Positions 18,691-29,580 of a stretch of DNA of 64,000 bases are shown one piece after another (the stretch's first letter is position 1; the number at the start of each line of letters is the position of its first letter). A program made the position numbers and the translations under genes. The DNA is from Bdellovibrionota bacterium (GTDB lineage Bacteria; Bdellovibrionota_C; UBA2361; CAKMMH01): positions 128,001 to 192,000 of the forward strand of contig JBMNLI010000017.1 of assembly GCA_050952645.1 (NCBI GenBank), given 5' to 3'. A model generated the notes under the pieces. The model was not told the origin of the DNA, searched no databases, and worked only from the letters and a program-made list of their open reading frames with translations.

Positions 18691-20979
18691 TTACAGCGGT
18701 GCTCCAAAGGAAAACATCGTAACCATGCTACTTTCACCATCTTCCTTATCTATCGGATAGCCAAACTCAAGCCTTAACGGAAACGGTCCTAGTGGAGATA
18801 CCCATCTAAAACCCCAACCCCAAGATTTTCTAAGCTCACCAAAATCTATACTCTCATTATCATCGAAAGCTTGCCCCATATCATAGAAAACTAACGCTCT
18901 TAAACCTGCCGACTCTATAAATGGAAAGATTAAATCTATATTATTTACAAACTGCTTAGCTCCACCATACTCACTACCATTGGCATCTTTAGGGCCTAAC
19001 GTTCTAGGTTTAAAACCTCTTACAGAATTTATACCACCTAAGAAATAACGTTTAAATAGCGATAAGTCACCGCCTCCACGACCTTCTCCATACCCAAAAT
19101 CGGTTCTCATAGAAAAAGTGATATCTCCACCACTCCACGCATCTTTTACTAAAGGATAGTAAAAAGTATTAGAAGCCTCAAATATATAAAACTCTTCATC
19201 TCCACCTAGTCCCCCAAACTCAAAAGAAATTTTTTGCATCGTGCCTTTAGATGGATTTAAATTATTATCTAAAGTGTTTCTTATTAACGCTGGTTTTATA
19301 GATGATGAAACGGATTTTCCTCTTTCATCTTTTATAAAATCTGCCGCATCTTCTTCTATATTTCTAATATTAATATTTAATAATTCATACCTTACCGAAA
19401 AATCTATATCTTCAAAGATGCTTCCGAAAACTTGCTCTAGCGGATATCCTAGAGTGATAGCACCACCAGTAGTAACTTTATCAAAATCGCTATACTCTCT
19501 ATCCGTAGCGAGAAGCTCCATGCCTAACGACCAAAAAGAATCATTTAATCTTCTATTAAGGAAAGAAAGCGTAGCGTTGTTTCTTTCCGTTCCTACATCG
19601 ATATCTAGCATTAAACTTCTACCAGTTCCAAAAAGATTATTCTCTGAAAAACGAGTATTAAATATCATACCATCCGAGGTTGAATACCCTACCCCAACGC
19701 TAAAACTTCCCGTCGAAGATTCCTTAACACTAGTATCTAAATCGACCTTTCCTAAATCATCTAAAGCACTCGTCGCCACATTTACCTCGCTAAAATACCC
19801 AAGTCTTCTTAATAAAGTTTCACTTCTTTTTACTTTTCTAGACGAGTAATTCTCACCTTCACTTATCACAAACTCACGTCTTATCACATTGTCATACGTT
19901 TTATCATTCCCAGTAATATTAATCTTGTTTATCTTTACCTTTCTTCCTTTCTCAACCGTAAAAGAAACATTAACCTCTGAAAGTTCTTTATTTATGGTAG
20001 TTCTAGGCTCTATATTAGCGAAAGCATACGAATAATCACCAAGAATATCACTTATTATAAATGAAGCCCTTTTCATCTTCTCTGCACTAAAAACATCTCC
20101 TCTTTTAATTTTAAGCTTTCCTAATATATCCTCTTTTTTCATCTCATAAAAATTAGTTTCTATATCTATCTTACCAAAGTAAAACTTTACGCCCTCTTTG
20201 ACTTTAAACGAAACATTTATTCCATCATCTCCATCTTTTTGAATATTTGCTTTACTAATATTTCCCGTAATAAAACCATGATCCATAAAATATTTAATTA
20301 CCAACTCTCTATCATTTTCTAACATTTCTTGATTTAATCTTCCTGTGCTAAAAAGCCACGAACTCCACCATTTATATTTTTTAGTCTGGATAGTATCTAA
20401 TAAATCTTTTTCATCTATTTCTTTTAAACCTTGAAAACTTATTTTTCTTATCTTATATCTTTTTCCCTCCTTAATATTAAAAGTAACATCCACTTGATTA
20501 TTTTCTACCGCCTTAGTAGTATACGAAATTTTAGCATCATAAAAGCCCCTAAATTGATATACCGCTTTTAATGCTCTCATAGAATTGTCAAGCATATTCT
20601 TATCTATAAAACGTGATTGATTATCGAAATTTAGTGCGTCCTTTAAATCTCTATCATCTAACTTACTATTGCCATCTAGTAAAAGTTTTCTTAACACTGG
20701 CTTTTCTACTAACTCGAATTTTAATATGTTATTTGCTATTAAACTCACCCTAACATTACTAAAATACGACATCGCATAAAGTTCTTTTACGTATTTATTT
20801 ATTTGATTTTTGTCTATCACCTTTTTAGAAATTTTTAATCGCTTTTTTATCGTATTAGTAGTTATCCTATGATTGCCCTCAAATACGACATCACTTACAT
20901 ATATATCTTGTGAAAATGAAGCACAAGGAAACATAAACACTAAAACTAGGAACAAACATTTTAATATATATTTTATCAT
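18691..20979 (-). CDS. bamA: Outer membrane protein assembly factor BamA
   Basis: POTRA repeats (GNDKTYDNVIRRE), GGINSVRGF, C-terminal barrel strand FSFG. Confidence 0.95.
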   Translation of the reverse strand: MIKYILKCLFLVLVFMFPCASFSQDIYVSDVVFEGNHRITTNTIKKRLKISKKVIDKNQINKYVKELYAMSYFSNVRVSLIANNILKFELVEKPVLRKLLLDGNSKLDDRDLKDALNFDNQSRFIDKNMLDNSMRALKAVYQFRGFYDAKISYTTKAVENNQVDVTFNIKEGKRYKIRKISFQGLKEIDEKDLLDTIQTKKYKWWSSWLFSTGRLNQEMLENDRELVIKYFMDHGFITGNISKANIQKDGDDGINVSFKVKEGVKFYFGKIDIETNFYEMKKEDILGKLKIKRGDVFSAEKMKRASFIISDILGDYSYAFANIEPRTTINKELSEVNVSFTVEKGRKVKINKINITGNDKTYDNVIRREFVISEGENYSSRKVKRSETLLRRLGYFSEVNVATSALDDLGKVDLDTSVKESSTGSFSVGVGYSTSDGMIFNTRFSENNLFGTGRSLMLDIDVGTERNNATLSFLNRRLNDSFWSLGMELLATDREYSDFDKVTTGGAITLGYPLEQVFGSIFEDIDFSVRYELLNINIRNIEEDAADFIKDERGKSVSSSIKPALIRNTLDNNLNPSKGTMQKISFEFGGLGGDEEFYIFEASNTFYYPLVKDAWSGGDITFSMRTDFGYGEGRGGGDLSLFKRYFLGGINSVRGFKPRTLGPKDANGSEYGGAKQFVNNIDLIFPFIESAGLRALVFYDMGQAFDDNESIDFGELRKSWGWGFRWVSPLGPFPLRLEFGYPIDKEDGESSMVTMFSFGAPL

Positions 20980-20984
20980 ATCGC

Positions 20985-21671
20985 TTAAGACCTTATTTTA
21001 ATTTTTTTTAAATAACCTCTTTCTATCATTTCATAAACATTATCTAATTGAAACGCTAAATCTTTATTATGAGTAACTAAAATAAAAGAATTTTTCATTT
21101 CATTATTTAGTTCTAAAATCATATCCCAAATATATTTTGATGTATTTACATCTAGACTTCCCGTAGGCTCATCTCCTAGAACGATGCTAGGATTGTTTAT
21201 AAGCGCCCGAGCTATAGCAACACGTTGTTGCTCTCCACCAGAAAGCCTGCTAGGTATATGAGCACTTCTTTTTTCTAAGCCTACCATTTTTAATAATTCT
21301 TTCGATTTTTTATACGCCACATCCTTAGGTATTTTTGCTATCAAAAGTGGCATCGCAACATTTTCTAGTGCTGTAAAATCTGAAAGTAAATTATGAAACT
21401 GAAAAATAAAGCCGATATTTTTCGACCTAAAACTAGAAAGCTCCTTATCTGAATATTTAGTTATATCTATATCATCAAACAAAATCTTTCCACTACTAGG
21501 CCTATCGAGCGTTCCTAGAATATGAAGAAGCGTCGATTTACCTATACCCGATTTGCCTAAAATTGCAAAAGACGATTTTTCTTTAAACTCTATACTTAAA
21601 TTTTGAATAATCGTAAGTGTAGTATCTGCATCTTTATACGTCTTTGATAATTCACTTAATTTTAATCTCAT
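20985..21671 (-). CDS. lolD: Lipoprotein-releasing ABC transporter ATP-binding subunit
   Basis: [40 protein letters not shown]; adjacent to lolE. Confidence 0.93.
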   Translation of the reverse strand: MRLKLSELSKTYKDADTTLTIIQNLSIEFKEKSSFAILGKSGIGKSTLLHILGTLDRPSSGKILFDDIDITKYSDKELSSFRSKNIGFIFQFHNLLSDFTALENVAMPLLIAKIPKDVAYKKSKELLKMVGLEKRSAHIPSRLSGGEQQRVAIARALINNPSIVLGDEPTGSLDVNTSKYIWDMILELNNEMKNSFILVTHNKDLAFQLDNVYEMIERGYLKKIKIRS

Positions 21672-21771
21672 AAAAAATACTTTTTTAAAATTTAAATTTT
21701 AAATTCCAATTTTTTATTTATAAATACTTTATAAATTACGCTATAAATTACGCTATAAATTATATTATAAA

Positions 21772-23043
21772 TTACTCGTATCTTAAAACCTCGCTAGGAT
21801 TTAACTTGCTAGCTCGAGTTGCAGGGTAAATGGTTGCTAAAAGTGAAATTAAAAATGAGGATACAGAAACCACTACAACATTTACTACTTCCACTTTTAC
21901 AGGCACTCTATCGACAGGAAAAACTCTAGCATCTAAAGGAAAGCCAAACTCTTCTAAACATATACAACCTATCATTCCTAAAATTACCCCTAACACGGTT
22001 CCGAAAAAACCTATAACTACTCCCATCGAAACGAAAACTTTAGCAATATCATTCGTTGTGGCACCTAAAGTTTTTAGCACTGCTACATCTTTTCTTTTTT
22101 CTAAAACTATCATTACGAGCGTCGTTACTACGGAGAAACTAGCCATAATAATTATTAAAAGAAGAACTATAAAATAAGTTTTCTTTTCTAATTGGAGTGC
22201 TTCCCAAAGAGGTCTATTTAAATCTAGCCAAGTTTGCGTAAAATAATACGGGCTAATTTGCTTTAACTCTTTATCGATATTATTTGCAACTATTGGTGCT
22301 GCATCTAAATCGTTTAAAAAAATCTCAAAACCTGAAACTCTATCTTTCATTTCAAAGAAACTTTGTGCTTCTTTAATATCAACGTATACTAGGCCGCTTT
22401 CATACTCAGATAACCCTGAAGAATAGATATCTCCCACGATAAAGCGCTTATATTTAGGCATTAAACCAAAGGGAGACGATTGAAGAGATGATGATAAAAG
22501 CGTAACGATTGCACCCCTATAAAGCCCTAAGTCCATAGAGAGTTGCTTTCCGATTATTATGACTGGCAAACTAGAGATATGATTAGTAGATGCGTCGTAG
22601 TAATCTTGTTTTTTATATAAAACACTTTCCTCATTACCTGCTACATTTTCAAAAAGTTTTTTTGAAGCGTCCGACCCTTCTTTTAAGCCTTTTATAAGCA
22701 TTCCAATAGTTCTATCTTTGTATTTTAAAAGCCCTTGTCTATAAATAAAGGGAGAAACCGTTTTAACATCTTTTACTTTTGAAATTTTTTCTTCTATTTT
22801 ATCGCTATCTAGAATGTCGCTTAGCGAACGCTTTACTATTATATGAGAGTTAGCACCGATAATTTTATTTTTAAGCTCATACTCAAAGCCTGTCATAATT
22901 GCCATTACGATATTTAACACGCCAACTCCTATTGCGATGCCAAGCAATGAAACTATGCTTATTATACTTATAAAAGCTTCTTTTCTTTTTGTGCAAAGAT
23001 ACCTATTAGCAACTTTTAATGAAAAACTAGACAAGAAACGCAC
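21772..23043 (-). CDS. lolE: Lipoprotein-releasing ABC transporter permease LolC/E
   Basis: SLLGIAIGV...MAIMTGFE, EKRKDVAVLKTLGA, ATIYPATRAS..P.EVLRYE; GTG start. Confidence 0.93.
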   Translation of the reverse strand: MRFLSSFSLKVANRYLCTKRKEAFISIISIVSLLGIAIGVGVLNIVMAIMTGFEYELKNKIIGANSHIIVKRSLSDILDSDKIEEKISKVKDVKTVSPFIYRQGLLKYKDRTIGMLIKGLKEGSDASKKLFENVAGNEESVLYKKQDYYDASTNHISSLPVIIIGKQLSMDLGLYRGAIVTLLSSSLQSSPFGLMPKYKRFIVGDIYSSGLSEYESGLVYVDIKEAQSFFEMKDRVSGFEIFLNDLDAAPIVANNIDKELKQISPYYFTQTWLDLNRPLWEALQLEKKTYFIVLLLIIIMASFSVVTTLVMIVLEKRKDVAVLKTLGATTNDIAKVFVSMGVVIGFFGTVLGVILGMIGCICLEEFGFPLDARVFPVDRVPVKVEVVNVVVVSVSSFLISLLATIYPATRASKLNPSEVLRYE

Positions 23044-23384
23044 CTTTTTTATAAAAGCTAAAAAATTTTATTTTAAAACTATCAGTTTGAAATTACCAAT
23101 TTGAAACCACCTAAAAAACTATACCACTTTTAATATATTTTTAAAATATCTTAAAAAGGAACCCTTGGGCTCTATTTAATCCTACGCATTAAGATATACA
23201 TGAAAAGATATTATTACTTTATTTATCACTTGCTGCTTTACACTTTATTTATTGTATCTGTTTGTTGTATTTGTTTATTATATTTATTTACCGCCTTATA
23301 ATATTTGATTTGTTATCTTGCTTTATTATTTTGATTTATTATATCGCTTTACTTTTAAAATTAAATGATTAAAAATACTTAATT

Positions 23385-24533
23385 ATGGAAAACACAGAAA
23401 TATCTATAATCGGTGGCGGACTAATCGGGCTTACTGTGGCCTGGACGCTAGCTAAAAACAATATAAAAGTTACTGTTTTTGAAAAAGATACTTGCGGAGC
23501 AGGAGCAAGTTCATACTCCCTTGGAGTGCTTGGCTACCCATCTCCTTTAAGAAAAACTAACTTTCACAAGGCTCATAGAATTAGCCTTAAAATGACTGAA
23601 AATTTTTACAAAGAAATAGAAAGTGAGTCAAAAATACCATTAGATTACGCCCGCATCGGCTCTTTAGAAATTATCCCTGGCGAGGCACAATACAAACAAG
23701 CGTTAGCAGAGGTAGAGTATACTCAAAGCACTGAATGTGATAGCGACACACCTAGGTTAGAAATTATCCCTAAAGATGAATTAGAAAAACTAGAGCCTAA
23801 TATAAAACTTACAGAGTTTGGCGCAATTTACGCAAAAGCTTTTGCTAGATTATCGGTCGATAAAACTATAAAATCCATTAAACAAGCTTGCATAATAAAT
23901 GGCGTTACCATTAAAGAAAACACTCCCGTAAAAGAGCTTATTGTTGAAAACAACAAAGCTATAGGCATAAAACTTCTAAATGGCGAGAAAGTTTATTCTC
24001 AAAATATTTTAATCGCCTCGGGAGCTTGGTCTGGTTCGTATGGAAAAGAAGCGGCGTATTACGCTTATATGGAGGGGATAAGGGGGCAAGCGATAGAGGT
24101 AAAAAGTGAAACTAGACTTGCAAGCCACATTATAAAATATAATAAAGGGTATATAATACCTTCCCTAGATGATACTTATGGTATAGGCTCTACTACTGAA
24201 AAAAATGTCGGCTTTGATAGTAGTGCAACAGTTCAAGGATTTATAGATATATTAACTAGGGCAAAAGAAACTCTTCCGATTATTAGTAATGCAAAAATAA
24301 ATCGCCACTGGGCAGGGTTAAGACCAGCAGGAAGAGATAGAAAACCACATATTGGAAAAGTGCCAACGATAGATGGATTGTTTATCGCTACTGGGCATTA
24401 TAAAATAGGCTTTGGCTATGCACCTATAACGTGCGATATTATTAAAAGGCAGATGCTAGGAGAAGAGATCCCTTACCCTATAGATGAACTTATCCCACGA
24501 AACGCAGAGCCATTAAATAAAAAGAATAAATAA
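23385..24533 (+). CDS. FAD-dependent glycine oxidase / D-amino-acid oxidase family protein (ThiO-like)
   Basis: IIGGGLIG, ASGAWS, IRGQ, WAGLRP, ATGHYKIG. Confidence 0.85.
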   Translation: MENTEISIIGGGLIGLTVAWTLAKNNIKVTVFEKDTCGAGASSYSLGVLGYPSPLRKTNFHKAHRISLKMTENFYKEIESESKIPLDYARIGSLEIIPGEAQYKQALAEVEYTQSTECDSDTPRLEIIPKDELEKLEPNIKLTEFGAIYAKAFARLSVDKTIKSIKQACIINGVTIKENTPVKELIVENNKAIGIKLLNGEKVYSQNILIASGAWSGSYGKEAAYYAYMEGIRGQAIEVKSETRLASHIIKYNKGYIIPSLDDTYGIGSTTEKNVGFDSSATVQGFIDILTRAKETLPIISNAKINRHWAGLRPAGRDRKPHIGKVPTIDGLFIATGHYKIGFGYAPITCDIIKRQMLGEEIPYPIDELIPRNAEPLNKKNK

Positions 24534-24769
24534 GGTTCTTAAAGTTTTAAGTGGGTTAGAAAAATTGGCTTTTATAGAAAACTCCCTAAAGTTTTTTTAA
24601 AAAATTATAGTTATGTATTTATAGTTATATATTTATAGTTATATATTTATAGTCATATATAAAGTAATTTGTTTTATGTAATTTTCTTAAAGTCAATTTT
24701 CTATTGGGCACCCACTAGGGGCTTATGCTAATTTTTAAAATTTAAAACTACCTTAAAACGTAAGGAACG
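24534..24769 (-). mobile_element. MITE-like element, degenerate copy with expanded interior
   Basis: ggttcttaaagttttaagtgggttagaaaaattg at left and aaaactaccttaaaacgtaaggaacg at right; perfect 8-bp flanking repeat ATAAATAA at 24526-24533 and 24770-24777. Confidence 0.75.
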
Positions 24770-24781
24770 ATAAATAATCAT

Positions 24782-25330
24782 ATGGGAATAGCAAAAAAAC
24801 CACAAAAAGTTTTATTAACTATCACTATTTTTTCAAGTAGCAAAGAGCTTATAGAAAAAAGCAAAGAATGCTTGCAAAAAAAATTTGGCAAAATCGCTTT
24901 AGAAAGTGAGCTATTTAATTTTAATGAAACTGCGTACTATGAAAAAGAGATGGGAGATAATTTAAAATTACAAATAGTATCATTTGAAAAACTTATCTCT
25001 CCTAAAAAAATAGCTTCAATCAAAATAAAAACTAATAAGATAGAAAAAAAATTACATGCATTCGCTATAAAAAAATTAAATATTAAAAATATTAAAAGAA
25101 GCATCAATTTAGACCCTGGATACATTACGCCTAATAAATTTGTCCTTGCTACTACTAAAGATGCTGGGCATAGAATATACTTAGAAAAAGGAATTTTCGC
25201 CGAAGCTACGCTTTCATACACACATAAAAGCTGGCAAACGCATTCCTACACTTATTTAAATTATAAAAATAAAGACTATCAAGCGTTTTTAAGCAATTTA
25301 AGAGATTATTTAAAAAAGAGCTTAAACTAA
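24782..25330 (+). CDS. DUF4416-family-like protein
   Basis: YYEKEMG, IKIKTNKIE, RSINLDPGY, LATTK..GHRIYL..GIFAE.TL motifs. Confidence 0.85.
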   Translation: MGIAKKPQKVLLTITIFSSSKELIEKSKECLQKKFGKIALESELFNFNETAYYEKEMGDNLKLQIVSFEKLISPKKIASIKIKTNKIEKKLHAFAIKKLNIKNIKRSINLDPGYITPNKFVLATTKDAGHRIYLEKGIFAEATLSYTHKSWQTHSYTYLNYKNKDYQAFLSNLRDYLKKSLN

Positions 25331-26112
25331 TATATCTTACTCTTTGTTAAAATTTCTACACCCGTTTCAGTTACTAGCACCGTTTCTTCCCACTGGGCAG
25401 AAAGTTTCCTGTCTCTCGTCCATACCGTCCAACCGTCAGCAGTAGAGCATTCAGTTTTAAAGGTTCCTTCATTTATCATAGGCTCTATGGTAAAGGTCAT
25501 CCCAGGACGCATCTCTTCCCCCGAACCCTTAGTAGCAATATGAACGACTTGCGGAAGCTCATGAAAAACTTTCCCGATACCGTGTCCCGTATAATCTCGA
25601 ACGATACCATAATTTTTCCCGAGTGAATTTACGTAGCGTGAGATAGCATAACCAATATCCCCTATTCTATTCCCAGGCTTTACCATTTGAATGCCTATAT
25701 TCATAGCCTGCTTTGCAGTTTCTACTAAATGGATAGCTTTCGAGGAGCAAGCTTTCTTGCCACCTACAAAATACATACGGCTAGCATCGCCATAGTAGCC
25801 ATCTAATATAGAAGTAACGTCTATATTTAATATATCGCCCTCTTTTAATATCTCTTTTTCATTTGGAATACCATGACAGACTACCTCATTTACCGACGTG
25901 CAAACGGACTTAGGAAACCCTTGGTAATTAAGTGGTGCAGGAGTTGCTCCTAATTTTAATGTTAAATCGTGAACGAAAGTATTTATATCCTCAGTAGAAA
26001 TCCCAGGAGCTACTATATCATGAATATCATCTAAAATTTTTGCAGTTACTTTACACACTTCACGCATCTTCTCGATTTCTTCTTTAGTTTTTATAGATAT
26101 TTTGTATAGCAT
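25327..26112 (-). CDS. map: Methionine aminopeptidase type I
   Basis: SVNEVVCHGIP, DILNIDVT, YYGDASR, GHGIG, FTIEPMIN, SAQWEETV. Confidence 0.96.
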   Translation of the reverse strand: MLYKISIKTKEEIEKMREVCKVTAKILDDIHDIVAPGISTEDINTFVHDLTLKLGATPAPLNYQGFPKSVCTSVNEVVCHGIPNEKEILKEGDILNIDVTSILDGYYGDASRMYFVGGKKACSSKAIHLVETAKQAMNIGIQMVKPGNRIGDIGYAISRYVNSLGKNYGIVRDYTGHGIGKVFHELPQVVHIATKGSGEEMRPGMTFTIEPMINEGTFKTECSTADGWTVWTRDRKLSAQWEETVLVTETGVEILTKSKIY

Positions 26113-26292
26113 TTTTAAAAACTCCTTTTAAATATATAGTTTTTTATGGACAGCTTATTTTACCTTGCTTTACTAGACTTTTACTTTCGATTTTTAAAAA
26201 GTCAATCTATATATTATAACAAATTTAAGCGTATAAAGCTAATTTTAAACTACACTTCAAAGCAACTTCAAAGCAACCGTAAATTGTAATAT

Positions 26293-27141
26293 TTAAAGTT
26301 CTTCTTTATCAAAGACTCTTACGGCTATTTTATACTTATTTGCTAAACCCTCAAACGTTATAGGGTCGATTATAACAGTTTTCTCGGCTTCTATTGCTAA
26401 TGCAGAAAGCCTCGCCTTATTCATATTCTCAAGAGTCGTAGGACCTACCGTAGGGAGGTCTAATCTTAAATCTTGCTGAGGTTTAACTAGCTTTACTAGC
26501 ACGCCCTTTCTTTCTTTTGCACTTTTTTGAATAAGCTTGCCAGCTCTAAAAATCATCTCATCAGTCCCCTCGACGGCTTCTACCGCTACTACTAAACCAT
26601 CTGCAACCACAACGCCTTGCCCTATATCAAACTCGCCTATTTTTTTTGCTACATTCCAGCCAAACCTTACATCCTCAAACTCACTTTCCGTAAAATCTCT
26701 ATTAGAAATCAGCCCCCTTTTTGCTACGTAATTTTCTAAAAGGACTGTAGGTGATAAAACTTGAATTCCATTTACCTCTATCTCTTTTGTAGCAGCTCTA
26801 AGAATAACATCATCTCTTATAGTTTTTGCTTTTGCTAAAATTAAAAGTCCCTTTGCATCTATTTTTACATTACCAAAAAGATTTACTCTCTTTACGCCAC
26901 CTGCAAAAGCCATCTGCTTTATACGTTCTTTTTTTAAAATTTTTAAGAGCTTGCCAAACTCTCCTATCTTTATTTCATAGACTTTTTTCGCTAGTTTTTC
27001 TAACTCTAAAGATGCTTCACCTTTTATCTTAATTACGACTATCTCTATATCTTTTTTTATAGCATTTTTCACAAAATCCACTGGAAAATTTCCATTCCCT
27101 GCAAGTAAAGCTATTTTTGAATCGAGTTTAGCATTATTCAT
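26293..27141 (-). CDS. lpxI: UDP-2,3-diacylglucosamine hydrolase LpxI
   Basis: LAGNGNFP, DIGQGVV, AVEAVEGTD, KPQQDLRLDLPTVG; downstream of lpxA. Confidence 0.92.
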   Translation of the reverse strand: MNNAKLDSKIALLAGNGNFPVDFVKNAIKKDIEIVVIKIKGEASLELEKLAKKVYEIKIGEFGKLLKILKKERIKQMAFAGGVKRVNLFGNVKIDAKGLLILAKAKTIRDDVILRAATKEIEVNGIQVLSPTVLLENYVAKRGLISNRDFTESEFEDVRFGWNVAKKIGEFDIGQGVVVADGLVVAVEAVEGTDEMIFRAGKLIQKSAKERKGVLVKLVKPQQDLRLDLPTVGPTTLENMNKARLSALAIEAEKTVIIDPITFEGLANKYKIAVRVFDKEEL

Positions 27142-27226
27142 ATATACATAATTTATATATTTTTATATTTTGATTTTGCTATTTAATATCTTGTTATTTA
27201 ATAAAAGAAATCTAAAAAAATAAAAC

Positions 27227-28045
27227 TTAAGATTGCTCCATATCTTCATCTATATTTTTTCTTGCTAATGTAAACCCTCTTATAGAATCTTCAGATAGAA
27301 AAGTTAAAAATATTTTCCCCATCTCAAAGCTATACTCTTCATCAGACATTAACGCTGCTACTCTATCTTTAAAATGTCCCTCACCTAAAAACACTTTTCT
27401 ATATAGCTTTCTCATTTTTAACACATCTTCTTTAGACATGCCCGACCTTAAAAGTCCTATTTGATTTATTCCTACTAGACCTGCTCTATCTCCTTGAGCA
27501 TAACAGCAAGGTGCTATATCCCTAGTAACCATTGCGCCACCGCCTACAAAGGCTTTTTCTCCAATACGTGTAAATTGATGCACAGCACTTAAGCCACCCA
27601 TAATCACATTATTAGCAATAGACACGTGTCCTGCAAGAGTTGCACAATTTGCAAAAACATTACTATTACCGATAACTACATCATGAGCTATATGAGTACA
27701 AGCCATAAATAAATTATTATTACCTACAACCGTTTTCATTATACCAGTCTTAGTTCCTTTGTGCATCGTCACGCACTCTCTTATTTTATTACCATTTCCA
27801 ATAATTAGTTCGGAATCTTCACCAGCATATTTTAAATCTTGAGGCACTGCTCCTATCGATGCAAACTGAAAAATTTGATTATTATCACCTATAGTAGTTT
27901 TCCCATCGATTACCACATTAGAAGCAATTTTATTGTTTTCGCCAATTTTTACGTTTGGTCCTACATAGGTAAAGGGACCAATTTCAGTCCCTTGCCCAAT
28001 TTGTGCTCCATCAGATACTACTGCTAATGAATGAATATTTCCCAT
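27227..28045 (-). CDS. lpxA: UDP-N-acetylglucosamine acyltransferase
   Basis: Hexapeptide repeats, PQDLKY, HIAHD, LAGHV, VHQF. Confidence 0.96.
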   Translation of the reverse strand: MGNIHSLAVVSDGAQIGQGTEIGPFTYVGPNVKIGENNKIASNVVIDGKTTIGDNNQIFQFASIGAVPQDLKYAGEDSELIIGNGNKIRECVTMHKGTKTGIMKTVVGNNNLFMACTHIAHDVVIGNSNVFANCATLAGHVSIANNVIMGGLSAVHQFTRIGEKAFVGGGAMVTRDIAPCCYAQGDRAGLVGINQIGLLRSGMSKEDVLKMRKLYRKVFLGEGHFKDRVAALMSDEEYSFEMGKIFLTFLSEDSIRGFTLARKNIDEDMEQS

Positions 28046-28147
28046 AATTATCTTCTCCGATTATCTTTATCTTTTCCGACTATTTTCGTCTTTAATCTCT
28101 TCTTTTTACTTTTAAATTTTTTATCTTTCTTTTTTTATCTTTCCGTC

Positions 28148-28621
28148 TTATTTTTCAGCCGCTGTTAATATACCACTAGCAACTATTTCACCATCAACGG
28201 TAGCAGTAGCTCGCATTTTCCACAAGAAGCTTTTTTTATTTAAGAGTTTCATCGTGATGTATATTACATCCCCTGGGACTACTTGCTTTCGCCACTTAAA
28301 ATCATCAACTCCTACAAGATAAAAAGTTTTAGATAAATCTGTATCTTTCACGATTCTTGCTAAAAATGCACCAGCTTGTGCCATAGCTTCTATAACGAGC
28401 ACCCCTGGCATAACGGGCTTTCCTGGGAAATGTCCTTGGAAAAAAGGCTCATTTATAGTTACATTTTTAATTGCTACTATTTCATTATTTTCATTTTTTG
28501 ATAACACCTTATCTATTAGCAAAAATGGATACCTGTGAGGCAATATTTTTGCAATATCATTAACATCATACAATGGTTCTTTTAATGGTTCATTTAATGG
28601 CTTATTTTTTTTATTACTCAT
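28148..28621 (-). CDS. fabZ: 3-hydroxyacyl-ACP dehydratase
   Basis: LPHRYPFLLID and FFQGHFPGKPVMPGVLVIEAMAQ. Confidence 0.97.
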   Translation of the reverse strand: MSNKKNKPLNEPLKEPLYDVNDIAKILPHRYPFLLIDKVLSKNENNEIVAIKNVTINEPFFQGHFPGKPVMPGVLVIEAMAQAGAFLARIVKDTDLSKTFYLVGVDDFKWRKQVVPGDVIYITMKLLNKKSFLWKMRATATVDGEIVASGILTAAEK

Positions 28622-28734
28622 AAAACTTCAACTCTCCCTTTTATAAACTATAACCTACACTATACTATTTAGTTATATCTATTTAGTTATATAATTCTTT
28701 TTATAATAAACGTTAATTTTTAGGAAAAAATAAT

Positions 28735-29244
28735 TTAATCAAACATTTTAATAACATCACGTGTTATATCATAGTCATCATTAGCATATATAACGAATGC
28801 ATCTCCCTTTTGGAGAACTAATTGATAACCATTCTTTTTTGATAAATCATGAACTACCTTTTGTATTTTAGAAAGTAAGCTTCTAAATAAGGCGTTTCTT
28901 TTCCTTGCATACATTTCTTTTTTATCATTAAATTCAAGCATTAAATCTCTTTCTTCTTTTTGAAGCTCTTTTTGTTTTTCCTCTAAAGCTGAACTAGAAA
29001 GAAGCGGTGCTTTTTGTAGTAAGTCAGCTCTTTTTTTATCGATGCCACTTTTCTTTTTTTCTAGTGCCTTATAAGCAGTTTCCATTTCCATTTTTAACGC
29101 ATCTAAGGATTTTCTAGACGACTTAGACTCGGCTAGAACTTTATTAAAATCGACAAAATAAACTTTATTATCATTACTTTCTGCATAACAAACATTGCTA
29201 CTTAAAAAAACCATTATAGCTACTAGTAAAAAAATTCTTTTCAT
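28735..29244 (-). CDS. skp: OmpH/Skp periplasmic chaperone
   Basis: Signal peptide, FVDFNKVL, coiled coil, C-terminal DITRDVI; upstream of fabZ. Confidence 0.88.
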   Translation of the reverse strand: MKRIFLLVAIMVFLSSNVCYAESNDNKVYFVDFNKVLAESKSSRKSLDALKMEMETAYKALEKKKSGIDKKRADLLQKAPLLSSSALEEKQKELQKEERDLMLEFNDKKEMYARKRNALFRSLLSKIQKVVHDLSKKNGYQLVLQKGDAFVIYANDDYDITRDVIKMFD

Positions 29245-29580
29245 AATATTAAATTCCTGAAATTAAAAACAATATCATATTCTATATACTTTATCTAAAA
29301 ATTACAAGAAACTAGCTTTAGAGAATTAGCAAACTAAATATAAATAAACATAGATAAATATAAATAAATACAAATAATAGCTAAACTAGGCTCGCCGTTT
29401 TACTGCGTTCTAGAATAATGTCCTAGAATAAGTATTCAACAATGGCAAATTGTGGGTTAAAAACGTTAAAAATCACATCTTTTTTCAAAAAATAGCATCA
29501 AAATAGTAATAATGCACTTATATTATGTACTTATTATATACTCTAATTATATACTCTAAAAAATTAAGGAATATATTATT

